DNA from: Umezawaea tangerina
GTDB taxonomy: Bacteria; Actinomycetota; Actinomycetes; Mycobacteriales; Pseudonocardiaceae
DNA: 32,000 nucleotides
NCBI RefSeq assembly: GCF_003002815.1
Contig: NZ_PVTF01000021.1
Span: forward strand, 37,798 to 69,797
Reading direction: 5' to 3'
The translations under genes were made by a program, and so were the position numbers. Each line of letters begins with the position of its first letter. The stretch's first letter is position 1. Shown in pieces: positions 23,436 to 32,000 of this stretch. The notes under the pieces were generated by a model. It had not been told where the DNA came from and searched no databases. It worked only from the letters and a program-made list of their open reading frames with translations.

Positions 23436-23467
23436 TTCCGCATTCGGCAGGCAGGTGTTCCGCATTC
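23436..23467. promoter_or_regulatory. Two perfect 10-bp direct repeats TTCCGCATTC (23436-23445 and 23458-23467) spaced 22 bp apart, upstream of the DUF1345 gene.
   Basis: Read directly in a locally lower-GC spacer. The 7-bp inverted repeat CGGCAGG/CCTGCCG overlaps the repeats. Confidence 0.25.
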
Positions 23468-23658
23468 CTGCCGGCCGCGCCGAGTGGTCGGCGCACAGGG
23501 TGGGGGGCACTTTATGCGGCGGCGGTAGCGCGTTCGTCCTGGGGTGGCCTCGTCCCATTTGGGAGCACGTCCGCGACCATTCCGGACAGGCGGTGGAGGG
23601 GTGTTCCCCGCCTTTTCGGGAATGGCGAAAGAATGCCGATGTGCCGCGGCGGTGTGGG

Positions 23659-24693
23659 TCAGCCGTCGTGCGATCCGGTGGCGCGGGTGTACTCGGTGGG
23701 CGTCCGGCCGTAGTGCTTCTTGAAGACGCGGGTGAAGTGGCTGCTGTCGGAGAACTGCCAGTGGGCGGCGACCTCCGAGACGCTCAACGGGCCGGTCGGC
23801 GCGGTGAGGGCCAGCCCGGCCTCCTCCAGCCGCCTGCGGCGGATGTAGGAGGTCACCGACTCGCCGGTCGCGGCGAACGCCCGTTGCAGCGTGCGCGCGG
23901 AGGTGTGCAGCTCACGGGCCAGCACCTCCGAGGACAGCCCCGGATCGGTGAGCCTGCTGTCCGCCAGGTCCTTCGCGGCCTGGGTGAGCGCGGGGGCGAG
24001 CTGTGGCTCCACGTCGTCGAACCGGCGCAGCGCCACGGCCTTGGCCAGCTCGACCAGCGTGTTGCGGACGGCCCGCAGACCGGCCGGACCCAGGTCGGCC
24101 ACGGTCGTGTGGACCATGTTCGTGTGGGCCACCAGCAACCGGACCTCGGCCGAGTCCGCCAGCCCCGTGACGATCCGGTCGCCCAGCAGTGGGGCGAGCG
24201 TCGCGGTGGGCAGCACGAGGATCTTCGCGGTGGTGCCCGGCTCCGTCTGGAAGTGCGACGGCCTCCCCACGTGCCGCAGCAGGAACCGCCCGGCCCGCAC
24301 GGTGTACGCGGTGCGGTCGTGCGGCCCGCCCAGCGTCCACGCGCCGCGCCGCACTACGACCAGGCGGACCTGGTCCTCGGTGCCGCCGAGGACGCTCGCG
24401 GTGCGGATGGGCGTCGTGCCGTGGACGTCGGTCACCGCCACGTCGCGCACCCTGGCGGCCCGGCCCCTGACCCGGAAGTCGGCGGTCGTGGCCGGGCTGA
24501 ACGCGGGCAGCGGGAACCCGGCGCCGACTTCCGCCTCCCAGCCGTCGCGGAAGGCGGCGAACCCGTGCGCCGCGGCATTCGGGACGGTGGAGTCCAACGA
24601 GAACGCGCCCGCCGACGCGTTCCCGTCCGCTGCGGTGGATTCCACGACGCACCCCTTGCGATTTCCCGCCATCTCCTGGCGCCGATCTCCCAT
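23659..24693 (-). CDS. AraC-family transcriptional regulator.
   Basis: The C-terminal double HTH reads '...LARELHTSARTLQRAFAATGESVTSYIRRRRLEEA...VSEVAAHWQFSDSSHFTRVFKKHYGRTPTEY'. The start is ambiguous (ATG 24693 or 24672, TTG 24714). Confidence 0.85.
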   Translation of the reverse strand: MGDRRQEMAGNRKGCVVESTAADGNASAGAFSLDSTVPNAAAHGFAAFRDGWEAEVGAGFPLPAFSPATTADFRVRGRAARVRDVAVTDVHGTTPIRTASVLGGTEDQVRLVVVRRGAWTLGGPHDRTAYTVRAGRFLLRHVGRPSHFQTEPGTTAKILVLPTATLAPLLGDRIVTGLADSAEVRLLVAHTNMVHTTVADLGPAGLRAVRNTLVELAKAVALRRFDDVEPQLAPALTQAAKDLADSRLTDPGLSSEVLARELHTSARTLQRAFAATGESVTSYIRRRRLEEAGLALTAPTGPLSVSEVAAHWQFSDSSHFTRVFKKHYGRTPTEYTRATGSHDG

Positions 24694-24791
24694 CCGGACG
24701 GCGGCGCCGTCCAAGCGTGCGCGCGGCCGTCCTTCCTAGGCTACCCAGCGGCGTTCAGGACGAATGCCCGAGCAGAAGGACAGGGATATCC

Positions 24792-25577
24792 GTGAACCAG
24801 CAGAACTCCGGTCGCGTCGTCGTCGTCACGGGTGCCGGTGCCGGCATCGGGGTGGCGATCGCGCACCGGTTCGCCGCCGACGGTCACACCGTGGTGGTAC
24901 TGGGCCGCACCGAGGCGACCCTCCGGCGGACCGTCGAGGAAGGGCCCGAGGGCGCGGACATGCACATCGCGGTCGCGGACGTCTCCGCGCCCGCCGCGAT
25001 CACCGCCGCGCTGGACGGGGTGGCCGAGCGGTTCGGGCGGCTGGACGTCCTGGTCAACAACGCGGGCGTGGCGATCCCCGGCACCGTCGAGGGGCTCGAC
25101 CCGGACGCCTACCGCACGATGATGAGCACCAACGTCGACGGCGCGTTCTACGCCTCGCGGGCCGCGCTGCCGCACCTGCGGGCGGTGCGCGGGTGCATCG
25201 TGAACGTCGGGTCGGTGAGCGCGCTCGGCGGGGACTGGGGACAGGCCGGGTACAACATGACCAAGGGCGCGCTGGCCAGGCTGACCGACGTGATGGCGCT
25301 GGACCACGGCGGCGAGATCAGGGTCAACGCCGTCCACCCCGGCGTGACGCTGAGCAGCCAGTTCCTGCGCGACGCGCTGGCCGAGGGGTCCCCGTTGCTG
25401 GCGCGCTTCGCGGACCGCGTGCCCATGGGGCGGGCGGGGCAGCCCGCGGAGGTCGCCGGGGTGGTCGCGTTCCTGGCCGGGCCCGACGCCGGGTACGTCA
25501 ACGGGGCCCACGTCCCGGTCGACGGCGGGCTGACCGCGTCGACCGGCCAGGCCGCCCTGTACCGGGTCGACGCCTGA
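24792..25577 (+). CDS. Short-chain dehydrogenase/reductase (3-oxoacyl-ACP-reductase like).
   Basis: 'VVVVTGAGAGIGVAIA', 'NNAG', and 'YNMTKGAL' (YxxxK). GTG 24792 follows an AAGGA SD site. Confidence 0.9.
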   Translation: MNQQNSGRVVVVTGAGAGIGVAIAHRFAADGHTVVVLGRTEATLRRTVEEGPEGADMHIAVADVSAPAAITAALDGVAERFGRLDVLVNNAGVAIPGTVEGLDPDAYRTMMSTNVDGAFYASRAALPHLRAVRGCIVNVGSVSALGGDWGQAGYNMTKGALARLTDVMALDHGGEIRVNAVHPGVTLSSQFLRDALAEGSPLLARFADRVPMGRAGQPAEVAGVVAFLAGPDAGYVNGAHVPVDGGLTASTGQAALYRVDA

Positions 25578-25613
25578 CGCGTCCGCCCATCAGGGGCAGG
25601 GAAGGCGGACGCG
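25578..25613. terminator. 10-bp perfect inverted repeat CGCGTCCGCC/GGCGGACGCG (16-nt loop) between convergent genes. Candidate bidirectional terminator.
   Basis: Read directly. It starts 1 nt after the SDR stop. Confidence 0.4.
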
Positions 25614-25647
25614 GGGTCCACCAGTGCGAGGCGGAGGTGACACCGAG

Positions 25648-26571
25648 CTAGCCGGGCACGCGGTCGATCGCCCCGCCGCGCAGCCGCACCGCGCAGACCG
25701 AGCAGCGGTACCGGGGCTCGAAGGGGTGTCCGCAGGTCCGGTGGGTGTAGACCATCGCCGGGCCCTCGGGGGAGCGGAACCAGGTCTGGGCCCAGTCCAT
25801 GGTGTGCACGACGACGGGGAAGAACGCGAGGCCCTTGGCGGTGAGGCGGTAGTCGGGGGTCATGACGTCGAGGTCGGCGAACGTCCGCAGCCGGTCGGCG
25901 ACCATCACGGGCGGCGCGGACAGCTGGCGTTCGAAGTCGCTGAACCGGCGGGTGCCCTGGAAGGCCGCGCCCAGCAGGGCGCACGACCAGCGGTTGCCGA
26001 CCAGGGCCGTGGTCTGCGGGAAGAACCCGGCCCGCTGGGCGCCGGAGGAGCGCCGCCGGGTCGTCGCCGACGGCATGGACCGCTCCCACGTGCCGCTCGG
26101 GCCGAACCCGCCGACGAGGTTGCGCGGCCCCACCGGTTCCCCGCACGCGCCGCACACCAGCACGGGGGAGAACAGCTCCCCGCACACCTGGTGGCGCATG
26201 CCGGGCAGCGCCTCGGTGTAGCGCGGCACCCAGGACAGCTCCCACGACCAGATGCCGAGCAGGATCGGCCACACACCGCGGCCGCGCCGGGTCAGTCGGT
26301 ACTCGAAGCGCTCTGGCCGCCGCTGGTAGGCGACGCGGTCGAGCAGCCCCAGCTCGGTGAGCCGCCCGAGCCTGCCGGTGAGCACGGCGTTGGAGATCGG
26401 CAGCTCCCGCATCCACCCGCCGTAGAGCCGCACGCCCTGCAAGGCGTGGCGCAGGATCAGCAGCGTCCACTCGTCGCCGAGCAGCCCCAGCGCCACGCCG
26501 ATCGGGTTCCGCCCGCCCGCGGGCAGGTCGGTGACCCGGACGTCCTCAGAGACCGAGGGAGGCGGCGGCAT
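25648..26571 (-). CDS. Duplicated HxlR-type winged-helix regulator. Each half is followed by an H-x2-C-x9-C-x2-C motif.
   Basis: 'LLGDEWTLLILRHAL...FEYRLTRRG' and 'LVGNRWSCALLGAAF...YRLTAKG' are two HxlR-like domains. The Cys motifs are 'HQVCGELFSPVLVCGAC' and 'HRTCGHPFEPRYRCSVC'. Confidence 0.8.
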   Translation of the reverse strand: MPPPPSVSEDVRVTDLPAGGRNPIGVALGLLGDEWTLLILRHALQGVRLYGGWMRELPISNAVLTGRLGRLTELGLLDRVAYQRRPERFEYRLTRRGRGVWPILLGIWSWELSWVPRYTEALPGMRHQVCGELFSPVLVCGACGEPVGPRNLVGGFGPSGTWERSMPSATTRRRSSGAQRAGFFPQTTALVGNRWSCALLGAAFQGTRRFSDFERQLSAPPVMVADRLRTFADLDVMTPDYRLTAKGLAFFPVVVHTMDWAQTWFRSPEGPAMVYTHRTCGHPFEPRYRCSVCAVRLRGGAIDRVPG

Positions 26572-28057
26572 CGTCGCCCTTCCGCCAGCCCGGCAGCTCG
26601 GCCCCGGCGGCCCAGGTGGCGTGCGTCCCGCTGGACACCCGCTCGGGCAGCCGAACCCGCGCCACCGGGCCGCCTGCCACGTCGCGGGCGTCGAACACCA
26701 GGCACTCGGACAGGTTCCGGTTCATGTCGACGGTGATCGTGACCAGGTAGCCGTCGTCCTCGCCGGTGGCGCCCGGCCGCGGCGCCATCACCGTCTCGCT
26801 GCCGAACACGCCGTCGCCGAACGCGTAGCGCTCCTCGGCGCCGGTCAGCACGTCGTGCTTGACCAGGCCGTTGAACAGGAACCACCCCGGCTCGCCGGTC
26901 GCGGCGTAGGTGTAGCGGTACGGGCGGCCGCCGTGCGCGGCGTTGATCATGCCGAACTCGGTGATGCTGTCGGAGATCCGCTCCTCCTTGGCCTGCCCGG
27001 TGACGAGGTCGAGCCGCCACCGGTGCAGCCTGGTCTGCAGGCGGTCGAGGGCGAGGCCGCGGTAGATGCGGTGGCTGCCGGTCTCACCGTCGGCCTTCGG
27101 CATCGGGTCGCCCTGGAAGAACCCGTCCAGGACGATCTCGTCGCCCTCCTCGTAGGCGTTCACCCAGTGCAGCACGTACGTCGGGTCCGCCTCGAACCAC
27201 CTCACGTCCGCGTTGGTGCCCCGGCGCGGCACGACGCCGATGCGCAGCGGGACGTCGCGGTGGAAGCGGGCGAGGTACGCGCCCTGCTTGAGCAGCTCGG
27301 GGTCCCAGAACAGCGGGCAGTCGTTGAGGATCGCGTAGTTCTCGGTGAACGCCATGTCGTGCGGCAGCCGCGGCCCCGGCAGCTCGATACCGGTGTGGTG
27401 CAGGAGCTTGTCGTCACCGCCGAGCACGCCGTAGTGCAGGTAGGGGGCCTCGGTGCCATAGCCGAAGAACAGCAGCTCACCGGTGTGCGGATCCACCTTG
27501 GTGTGCGCGCTGACGCCCTCGGAACGGGGGAACTCGCCGTGCCAGTCGGACTTGCCGAGCGTGTCCAGGGTGAGCGGGTCGAGCCGGTACAGCTCGCCGC
27601 ACTGGTAGAAGCTGGTCAGCGCGACGCCGGCGTGCACCACGACGTCCGTGCTGGAGGCGTCCTTCATCCGCCCCCGCGCGCCCCAGCCCTGCTGCCGCAC
27701 CGCCTTGTTCGGGTCCTCGATGAACCCCGACCACAGCGAGCGGCCCTCCTCCTGCTCGGCGAGGAACCCGTCGGTGCGGACGAACCTGTTGCGGTAGAAC
27801 GCCTTGCCGTCGCGGAAGCCGACGACGTGGACCATGCCGTCGCCGTCGAACGGGTGGTAGCGCTCGATCGCCGGGTGCAGCGCGGTCTCGGTGTTGCGCA
27901 GGTACACGCCGTCGAGGTCGGCGGGGATCTCGCCCTCGACCGCGAGGTTGTCGGCCCGCCACTCCGCGGTCTGCCCCTGCCACGGCCCGGTCCGGTAGGG
28001 GTGGTCGTCGTCTTCGGGCAGGGTGCTGAGCACGCGTCCGAGAACTTCCACGTCCAT
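26546..28057 (-). CDS. Carotenoid/apocarotenoid cleavage oxygenase (RPE65/CCO family).
   Basis: 'PADLDGVYLRNTETALHP...YHPFDGDGMVH' and later 'HTKVDP', 'LHWVNAYE' and 'GTHATW' supply the family-typical His positions. Confidence 0.9.
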   Translation of the reverse strand: MDVEVLGRVLSTLPEDDDHPYRTGPWQGQTAEWRADNLAVEGEIPADLDGVYLRNTETALHPAIERYHPFDGDGMVHVVGFRDGKAFYRNRFVRTDGFLAEQEEGRSLWSGFIEDPNKAVRQQGWGARGRMKDASSTDVVVHAGVALTSFYQCGELYRLDPLTLDTLGKSDWHGEFPRSEGVSAHTKVDPHTGELLFFGYGTEAPYLHYGVLGGDDKLLHHTGIELPGPRLPHDMAFTENYAILNDCPLFWDPELLKQGAYLARFHRDVPLRIGVVPRRGTNADVRWFEADPTYVLHWVNAYEEGDEIVLDGFFQGDPMPKADGETGSHRIYRGLALDRLQTRLHRWRLDLVTGQAKEERISDSITEFGMINAAHGGRPYRYTYAATGEPGWFLFNGLVKHDVLTGAEERYAFGDGVFGSETVMAPRPGATGEDDGYLVTITVDMNRNLSECLVFDARDVAGGPVARVRLPERVSSGTHATWAAGAELPGWRKGDDAAASLGL

Positions 28058-28099
28058 GGTCGGGCTCCTGTCGACAGCGGTGTCGCGCGGGTCCCCTCC

Positions 28100-28128
28100 T
28101 TACTACAACAGGCAGAGTGACCGGTCAA
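28100..28128 (-). promoter_or_regulatory. Possible sigma-70-type promoter for the oxygenase operon: TTGACC-N17-TAGTAA (minus strand).
   Basis: Read on the minus strand in a locally AT-richer spacer. The -10 element is imperfect. Confidence 0.25.
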
Positions 28129-28157
28129 CCGCCGCGCCGGGGGGATCAGTGCGCAGG

Positions 28158-28814
28158 TCAGCCGCCTTCGACCAGGTTCGCGTCGTGGGCGAGGATCGCG
28201 GCCTGCACCCGGTTCGACAGGTCGAGCTTGGTCAGCAGGCGGCTCATGTGCGCCTTCACCGTGGCCTGGCTGTTGTGCAGCTGCTCGCCGATCTCGGTGT
28301 TGGACAGCCCCCGGCCGACCAGGGCCAGCACCTCGCGCTCCCGGTCGGTCAGCGCCTTGAGCCGGTTGCGGGCGTCGTCGCCGACGGGGGAGTCGCGCTC
28401 GACGAACGCCGAGATCAGGTTGCGGGTCACCGACGGCGACAGCATCGCCTGGCCGTCGGCCACCACGTGCACGGCCTTGATCAGGTCGCGCGGCGGGGTG
28501 TCCTTGAGCAGGAAGCCGACCGCGCCCGCCCGCAGCGCCGCGTGCACGTACTCGTCCAGGTCGAACGTGGTCAGCACGATGACCTTCGGCGGCTCGGCCA
28601 GCGCGGCCAGCGCCTTGGTCGCGGTGAGCCCGTCGGACTGGGGCATCCGGATGTCCATCAGCACCACGGTCGGCCGGTGCCGCCGCGCCTCGGCGACGGC
28701 CTCGTCGCCGTTGCGGGCCTCCGCGACCACGCTGATGTCGTCGTCGGCCTCCAGCATCGTGCGCAGGCCGACGCGCATGAGCTCCTCGTCGTCGGCGATC
28801 AGGACCCGGATCAT
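28158..28814 (-). CDS. NarL/LuxR-family response regulator.
   Basis: Receiver 'MIRVLIADDEELMR...VLMDIRMP' followed by a LuxR HTH 'LTDREREVLALVGRGLSNTEIGEQLHNSQATVKAHMSRLLTKL'. ATGA overlap with the kinase. Confidence 0.95.
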   Translation of the reverse strand: MIRVLIADDEELMRVGLRTMLEADDDISVVAEARNGDEAVAEARRHRPTVVLMDIRMPQSDGLTATKALAALAEPPKVIVLTTFDLDEYVHAALRAGAVGFLLKDTPPRDLIKAVHVVADGQAMLSPSVTRNLISAFVERDSPVGDDARNRLKALTDREREVLALVGRGLSNTEIGEQLHNSQATVKAHMSRLLTKLDLSNRVQAAILAHDANLVEGG

Positions 28815-30064
28815 CCGGCGGGCACCGCGATCGGGATGCGGGCCGCGATCCGGAAGCCGCCGTTGCGCGACGGACCGGACTCGAACTCGCCGCCCACCAG
28901 CGTCAGCCGCTCCTTGAGCCCGGCCAGCCCGTGCCCGCCGCTGGGCAGGTCGATGCCGGTCGACCGGCGCGGCGCGTCGTTGCGGACGCTCACCTCGAGC
29001 CGGTCGGGCAGGAAGCGCAGCGAGATCTCGGTGCGCGCCCCGAACGCGTGTTTGTGCACGTTGGTCAGACCCTCCTGGACGATGCGGTACGCCGTCCGCT
29101 CCGCCACGTTCGCCAGCCGCCGCCTGCCCTCCACGCGGTAGTCGACCGGCACTCCCGCGCTGCGCGACTGCTCGACCAATTCTGCCAGGTCGTCCAGCGT
29201 CGGCTGCGGGGCCAGCGGCGCGCTGTCGTCGGCGTTGTCGACCTTGAGCACGCCGACGGCCTGCCGCAGCTCGCCGAGCGCCTGCCTGCCGATGTCGGCG
29301 ATCTTGCTCGCGGCCTCGGCCACCGTCTCCGGCTCGCGGTCCGGTTTCATCTCCAGCGCGCCCGCGTGCACGACCATCAGGCTCACCCGGTGCGCCACGA
29401 CGTCGTGCATCTCCCTGGCGATCCGGGTGCGCTCCTCGGTCCGCACCTGCCGCGCCAGCAGCGTCTGCTCCCGTTCCAGCCGTTTCGCCCGTTCCCGCAA
29501 CGACGCCATCAGGCCGCGGCGGGCGTTGAGGTACAGGCCCAGCACCACCGGCAGGACGACGGCCACCAGGACCATGACGCCGGTGAACCCCAGCACCACG
29601 AACAGCTCGGCGGTGCTGGGGATGTCCGCCCAGGTCCACGGCTTCAGGCCCGCGACGACGGCGAGCAGGCCGATCCCGGCCAGCACCGCCCGCGACGTCC
29701 CGTAGGCGGCGAGGGTGTACAGGGCGATCGTCAGCCCCAGCAGCGTCGAGTGGCCGAACGCCTCCGCGGCGACCACCACCAGCGCGACGGCCACGGGGAA
29801 GCGGCGGCGCGCCACCAGGGTGAGGTCGAAGGCCGACCCGGCGAGGTGGGCGAAGGCCGAGGCGAACGAGACCGTCTGCGCCGCGATGGCCGGTTGGGCG
29901 GTGGCGACCGCGGGCAGCAACGGCGCCACCCGCACGGCCAGCAGCCACGTCGCGACGGGCAGCACCGTGACGACGAGCGCGAGGACGACGTCGAGCGCCG
30001 CCCCGCGCGGCGTCCGCCACCAGCCGAAAGCGGGTGCGTCCGGTGCGCTGTCCACAGTGGCCAC
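28811..30064 (-). CDS. Sensor histidine kinase (HisKA_3 / NarX-DesK type).
   Basis: Multiple N-terminal TM segments, H-box 'RIAREMHDVVAHRVSLM', and an ATPase domain containing 'GHGLAGLKERL'. GTG start at 30064. Confidence 0.9.
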   Translation of the reverse strand: MATVDSAPDAPAFGWWRTPRGAALDVVLALVVTVLPVATWLLAVRVAPLLPAVATAQPAIAAQTVSFASAFAHLAGSAFDLTLVARRRFPVAVALVVVAAEAFGHSTLLGLTIALYTLAAYGTSRAVLAGIGLLAVVAGLKPWTWADIPSTAELFVVLGFTGVMVLVAVVLPVVLGLYLNARRGLMASLRERAKRLEREQTLLARQVRTEERTRIAREMHDVVAHRVSLMVVHAGALEMKPDREPETVAEAASKIADIGRQALGELRQAVGVLKVDNADDSAPLAPQPTLDDLAELVEQSRSAGVPVDYRVEGRRRLANVAERTAYRIVQEGLTNVHKHAFGARTEISLRFLPDRLEVSVRNDAPRRSTGIDLPSGGHGLAGLKERLTLVGGEFESGPSRNGGFRIAARIPIAVPAG

Positions 30065-30269
30065 GGCCCCAGTCTAGGTCGGTCCGGCGGTGCCCACAGG
30101 TGGCCGACCGGCTACGCGTGCGGTCCGAAAGTCGTAGGCCGGGCCGCGCGGATCGTCGACTTCCGGAGGGGTGCGCGTCGCTCGGCGACCGATGCGCCGG
30201 GCACCACCGGGCCGACACGATGGTCCCAGTCCGGCGATCGGCGCTCGGACCCGGCGGAAGAAGGCAACC

Positions 30270-30800
30270 ATGGACACCGGCCTGCCGAAGGCCCCTCGCG
30301 TCACCGCTCCCGCGGACCCCGCCGACGGGCCCGTGCCACCCGAGCTGCGGACGGTCTTCGTCCTGCTGTTCGCCAACCTCGGCCTGAGCGTGGTGCTGAC
30401 CGTCCTGGTGTTCGTCCTCCGCGACAGCCTGGTCGACTACCAGCTGGCGCACGCGGTCCTGCCGCCCGGCACCGACGTCGAGCGGTTCCGGTCCGTGCTC
30501 CACCAGCAGGTGTGGTTCCGCGTGGCCGGGGTGTTCCTGGTGTCCGCCATGTACCTGCGCGTCGGCTACCGGCTGCGCCGCGGCCACCGCGCCGCCTACC
30601 GCCGGGTCCTCTGGATCTCGATCGGCGGCCTGCTGGGCCTGCTGTCGCTGGTGCTGTCCGACAGCTACCCGTGGTGGATGCGGGTCGAGCAGGTCGCCCA
30701 GGCGGCCGTCCTGGCCGCGCTGCTCTGGTTCGTGACGCGGCCCGCGATGCGCGCCCGGTTCGCCAAGGAGAAGAAGCTGAAGGGCGGTTTCCTCGGCTGA
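30270..30800 (+). CDS. Integral membrane protein of unknown function (about 4 TM segments).
   Basis: ATG 30270 follows GGAAGAAGG. Hydrophobic segments include 'VFVLLFANLGLSVVLTVLVFVL', 'VAGVFLVSAMYL', 'ISIGGLLGLLSLVL' and 'AAVLAALLWFV'. Confidence 0.65.
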   Translation: MDTGLPKAPRVTAPADPADGPVPPELRTVFVLLFANLGLSVVLTVLVFVLRDSLVDYQLAHAVLPPGTDVERFRSVLHQQVWFRVAGVFLVSAMYLRVGYRLRRGHRAAYRRVLWISIGGLLGLLSLVLSDSYPWWMRVEQVAQAAVLAALLWFVTRPAMRARFAKEKKLKGGFLG

Positions 30801-30871
30801 CGCGTCGTGCGGACTGTTGTCATTCCCATTGTTTCAGTGCGGACCGAAGCACACGGGGCGGAGCGGCGGCG

Positions 30872-31795
30872 TCAGCCTCCGCCCGCCCCGACGGCGATCG
30901 CGGCCTCCAACCGCACGGAGGACTGGCCGAACCGAGCCCGGTAGGTCGACGCGCTCAGTCCGAAGTGGACTTTGAAGCGCCGCGCGAAGTAGTTCTGGTC
31001 CGGCCACCCCACCGACCGGGCGATCTGCGCGATCGGCTGGTCGGTGTGCAGCAGCAGGCCCGCGGCCAGTTCGACGCGGTGCCTCGACAGGTAGGCCATC
31101 GGCGGTAGGCCGGTGGTGTTCTTGAACAACCGCACCACGTACCCCTGCGCCAGGTGCAGCTCGTCGGCCAGGTCGCACAGCGTCCACCGGTACTCCGGCC
31201 TGGCCTCCATCAGCCGCATGGCGTGCACGACGGCGGGGTGCGTCGGGTGCGCGGAGGCCTCGCGGTCGCCCGCGACGGTGCGCGCCACAGCGCTCAGGAA
31301 CAGCGCGAGGCGCCCGATGATGTCGCCGCGGTGCAGGTGCGCGGCGCGGAAGCGCAGCTCCGCCAACGCGTCGAGGTGCCCCACGCACTCCGCGAACGCC
31401 TCCGGCGGCAGCCTGGTCGTGAGCATCCCGCGCCGCTCGGCCGAGTACGGGCCGGTCCACAGCAGGTAGCCCAGCAGCGGGTCCTCGCGCGTCCAGGCCA
31501 GCTCGCGGTGCAGCAGCTCGGGGGAGAAGCAGCAGTTGAACACGTCGAGCCGGGTGCACTCCTCGTACCCGTGCCACACGCCGGGGCGCAGCAGCAGGAC
31601 GTCGCCCGCGCGGACCGGCCGGTGGCCGTCGGGGGACACGTGCACGCCTTCGCCGCCGGTCACCACCGCGACCTCGACGAAGCTGTGGGTGTGCAGGCGG
31701 TGGCCGGTGTCGTGCCGGTGGCGCCCGGCGTAGGCCAGCGACCCGTCGGTGAAGTGGAGCAGGTCGTTCGCGTTGCCCACGGGCAAGCCGTCCAT
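30872..31795 (-). CDS. AraC-family regulator with an N-terminal cupin domain.
   Basis: 'HTHSFVEVAVVTGGEGVH...GDVLLLRPGVWH' forms the cupin. The C-terminal HTH pair reads 'LADELHLAQGYVVRLFKNTTG...IAQIARSVGWPDQNYFARRFKVHFGLSASTYR'. Confidence 0.9.
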   Translation of the reverse strand: MDGLPVGNANDLLHFTDGSLAYAGRHRHDTGHRLHTHSFVEVAVVTGGEGVHVSPDGHRPVRAGDVLLLRPGVWHGYEECTRLDVFNCCFSPELLHRELAWTREDPLLGYLLWTGPYSAERRGMLTTRLPPEAFAECVGHLDALAELRFRAAHLHRGDIIGRLALFLSAVARTVAGDREASAHPTHPAVVHAMRLMEARPEYRWTLCDLADELHLAQGYVVRLFKNTTGLPPMAYLSRHRVELAAGLLLHTDQPIAQIARSVGWPDQNYFARRFKVHFGLSASTYRARFGQSSVRLEAAIAVGAGGG

Positions 31796-31973
31796 GCCGG
31801 CCAACCCTACGACGTCCCGGTGGCCGAGGTGAAGATCGTGCTACCACCGGTGCACCACGGGCTAGCACCGCGCGGGCCGCCAGCCCACGATCTAGGCGAG
31901 AAACCCCCGCGACACCCTCCGTTAACGGCGTCGTGGGGCCGCCTGTTGAATCGTTTCACCATCGAGGAGCCCC

Positions 31974-32000
31974 ATGCCCGGCGCCGCCGCCCCGACCGAC
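31974..32000 (+). CDS. Possible 5' end of a gene divergent from the AraC regulator. Only 9 codons are visible.
   Basis: ATG 31974 is preceded by GAGGAG. Too short to evaluate. Confidence 0.2.

Noticed and set aside
28158-30587. 809-aa ORF extending the NarL-type response regulator, and likewise the 557-aa ORF 5190..6863 extending the amidohydrolase.
   Set aside because: The upstream extensions are Arg/Pro/Gly junk overlapping well-supported genes in other frames. Proper starts with ATGA/GTGA coupling exist at 28814 and 5631.
30807-30844. GTGCGGAC direct repeat (30807-30814 and 30837-30844) flanking an AT-richer patch between two convergent genes.
   Set aside because: It is only 8 bp with no stable hairpin, and it sits in a 3'-3' spacer where no promoter is expected. 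It is likely chance.
1-32000. Scan for CRISPR arrays, rRNA/tRNA genes, IS elements and long (>30 bp) dispersed repeats.
   Set aside because: None was recognised by eye. The only repetitive DNA is the in-gene YD-repeat and linker repeats of the toxin, plus short dyads already listed. A computational repeat and tRNA scan would be needed to be definitive.

Overview
High-GC (roughly 70% or more by eye) actinomycete-type chromosomal DNA. The taxon cannot be fixed from the sequence alone. I support about 30 protein-coding genes and found no rRNA, tRNA, CRISPR array, transposase or integrase. Most of the long six-frame ORFs are antisense or out-of-frame artefacts of the GC bias. I chose frames by recognisable protein motifs, GC3, Shine-Dalgarno (SD) sites and 4-nt start/stop overlaps (ATGA/GTGA).

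The centrepiece is a translationally coupled minus-strand operon (15573 down to 9928). It encodes, in order:
- a YbaB/EbfC-like small protein;
- an EspC/WXG100-like small helical protein carrying a C-terminal YxxxD motif;
- a 1463-aa polymorphic toxin;
- a SUKH-type immunity candidate starting 12 nt after the toxin stop.

The toxin has a WXG-containing type VII secretion (T7SS) style N-terminal domain, a His/Gly-rich degenerate repeat linker, an Rhs/YD-repeat shell, and an Rhs core ending in DPYGL. Its 131-aa C-terminal tip has a deaminase-like H-x-E ... P-C-x6-C signature. No T7SS core genes lie in the window. The leader of this operon contains a 13-bp perfect anti-SD/SD inverted repeat.

Immediately upstream on the same strand is a lipoprotein / peptidoglycan-binding adaptor / MacB-type ABC export operon. 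It is divergent from an intact OmpR-type two-component system. It carries two separate lesions: an in-frame TAG in the adaptor and a 1-nt frameshift in the ATPase.

Other content:
- the 3' end of a phospholipase C gene;
- a roughly 1-kb lower-GC islet with an unassignable ORF;
- a STAND/AAA-ATPase regulator with a C-terminal helix-turn-helix (HTH);
- SDR, amidohydrolase, epimerase and alpha/beta-hydrolase genes with a TetR regulator;
- a small secreted 4-Cys protein;
- a thiolase, a DUF1345 membrane protein and two AraC regulators;
- a carotenoid-cleavage oxygenase with a duplicated HxlR regulator;
- a NarL-type two-component system.

All family assignments come from reading motifs by eye. No database search was run.
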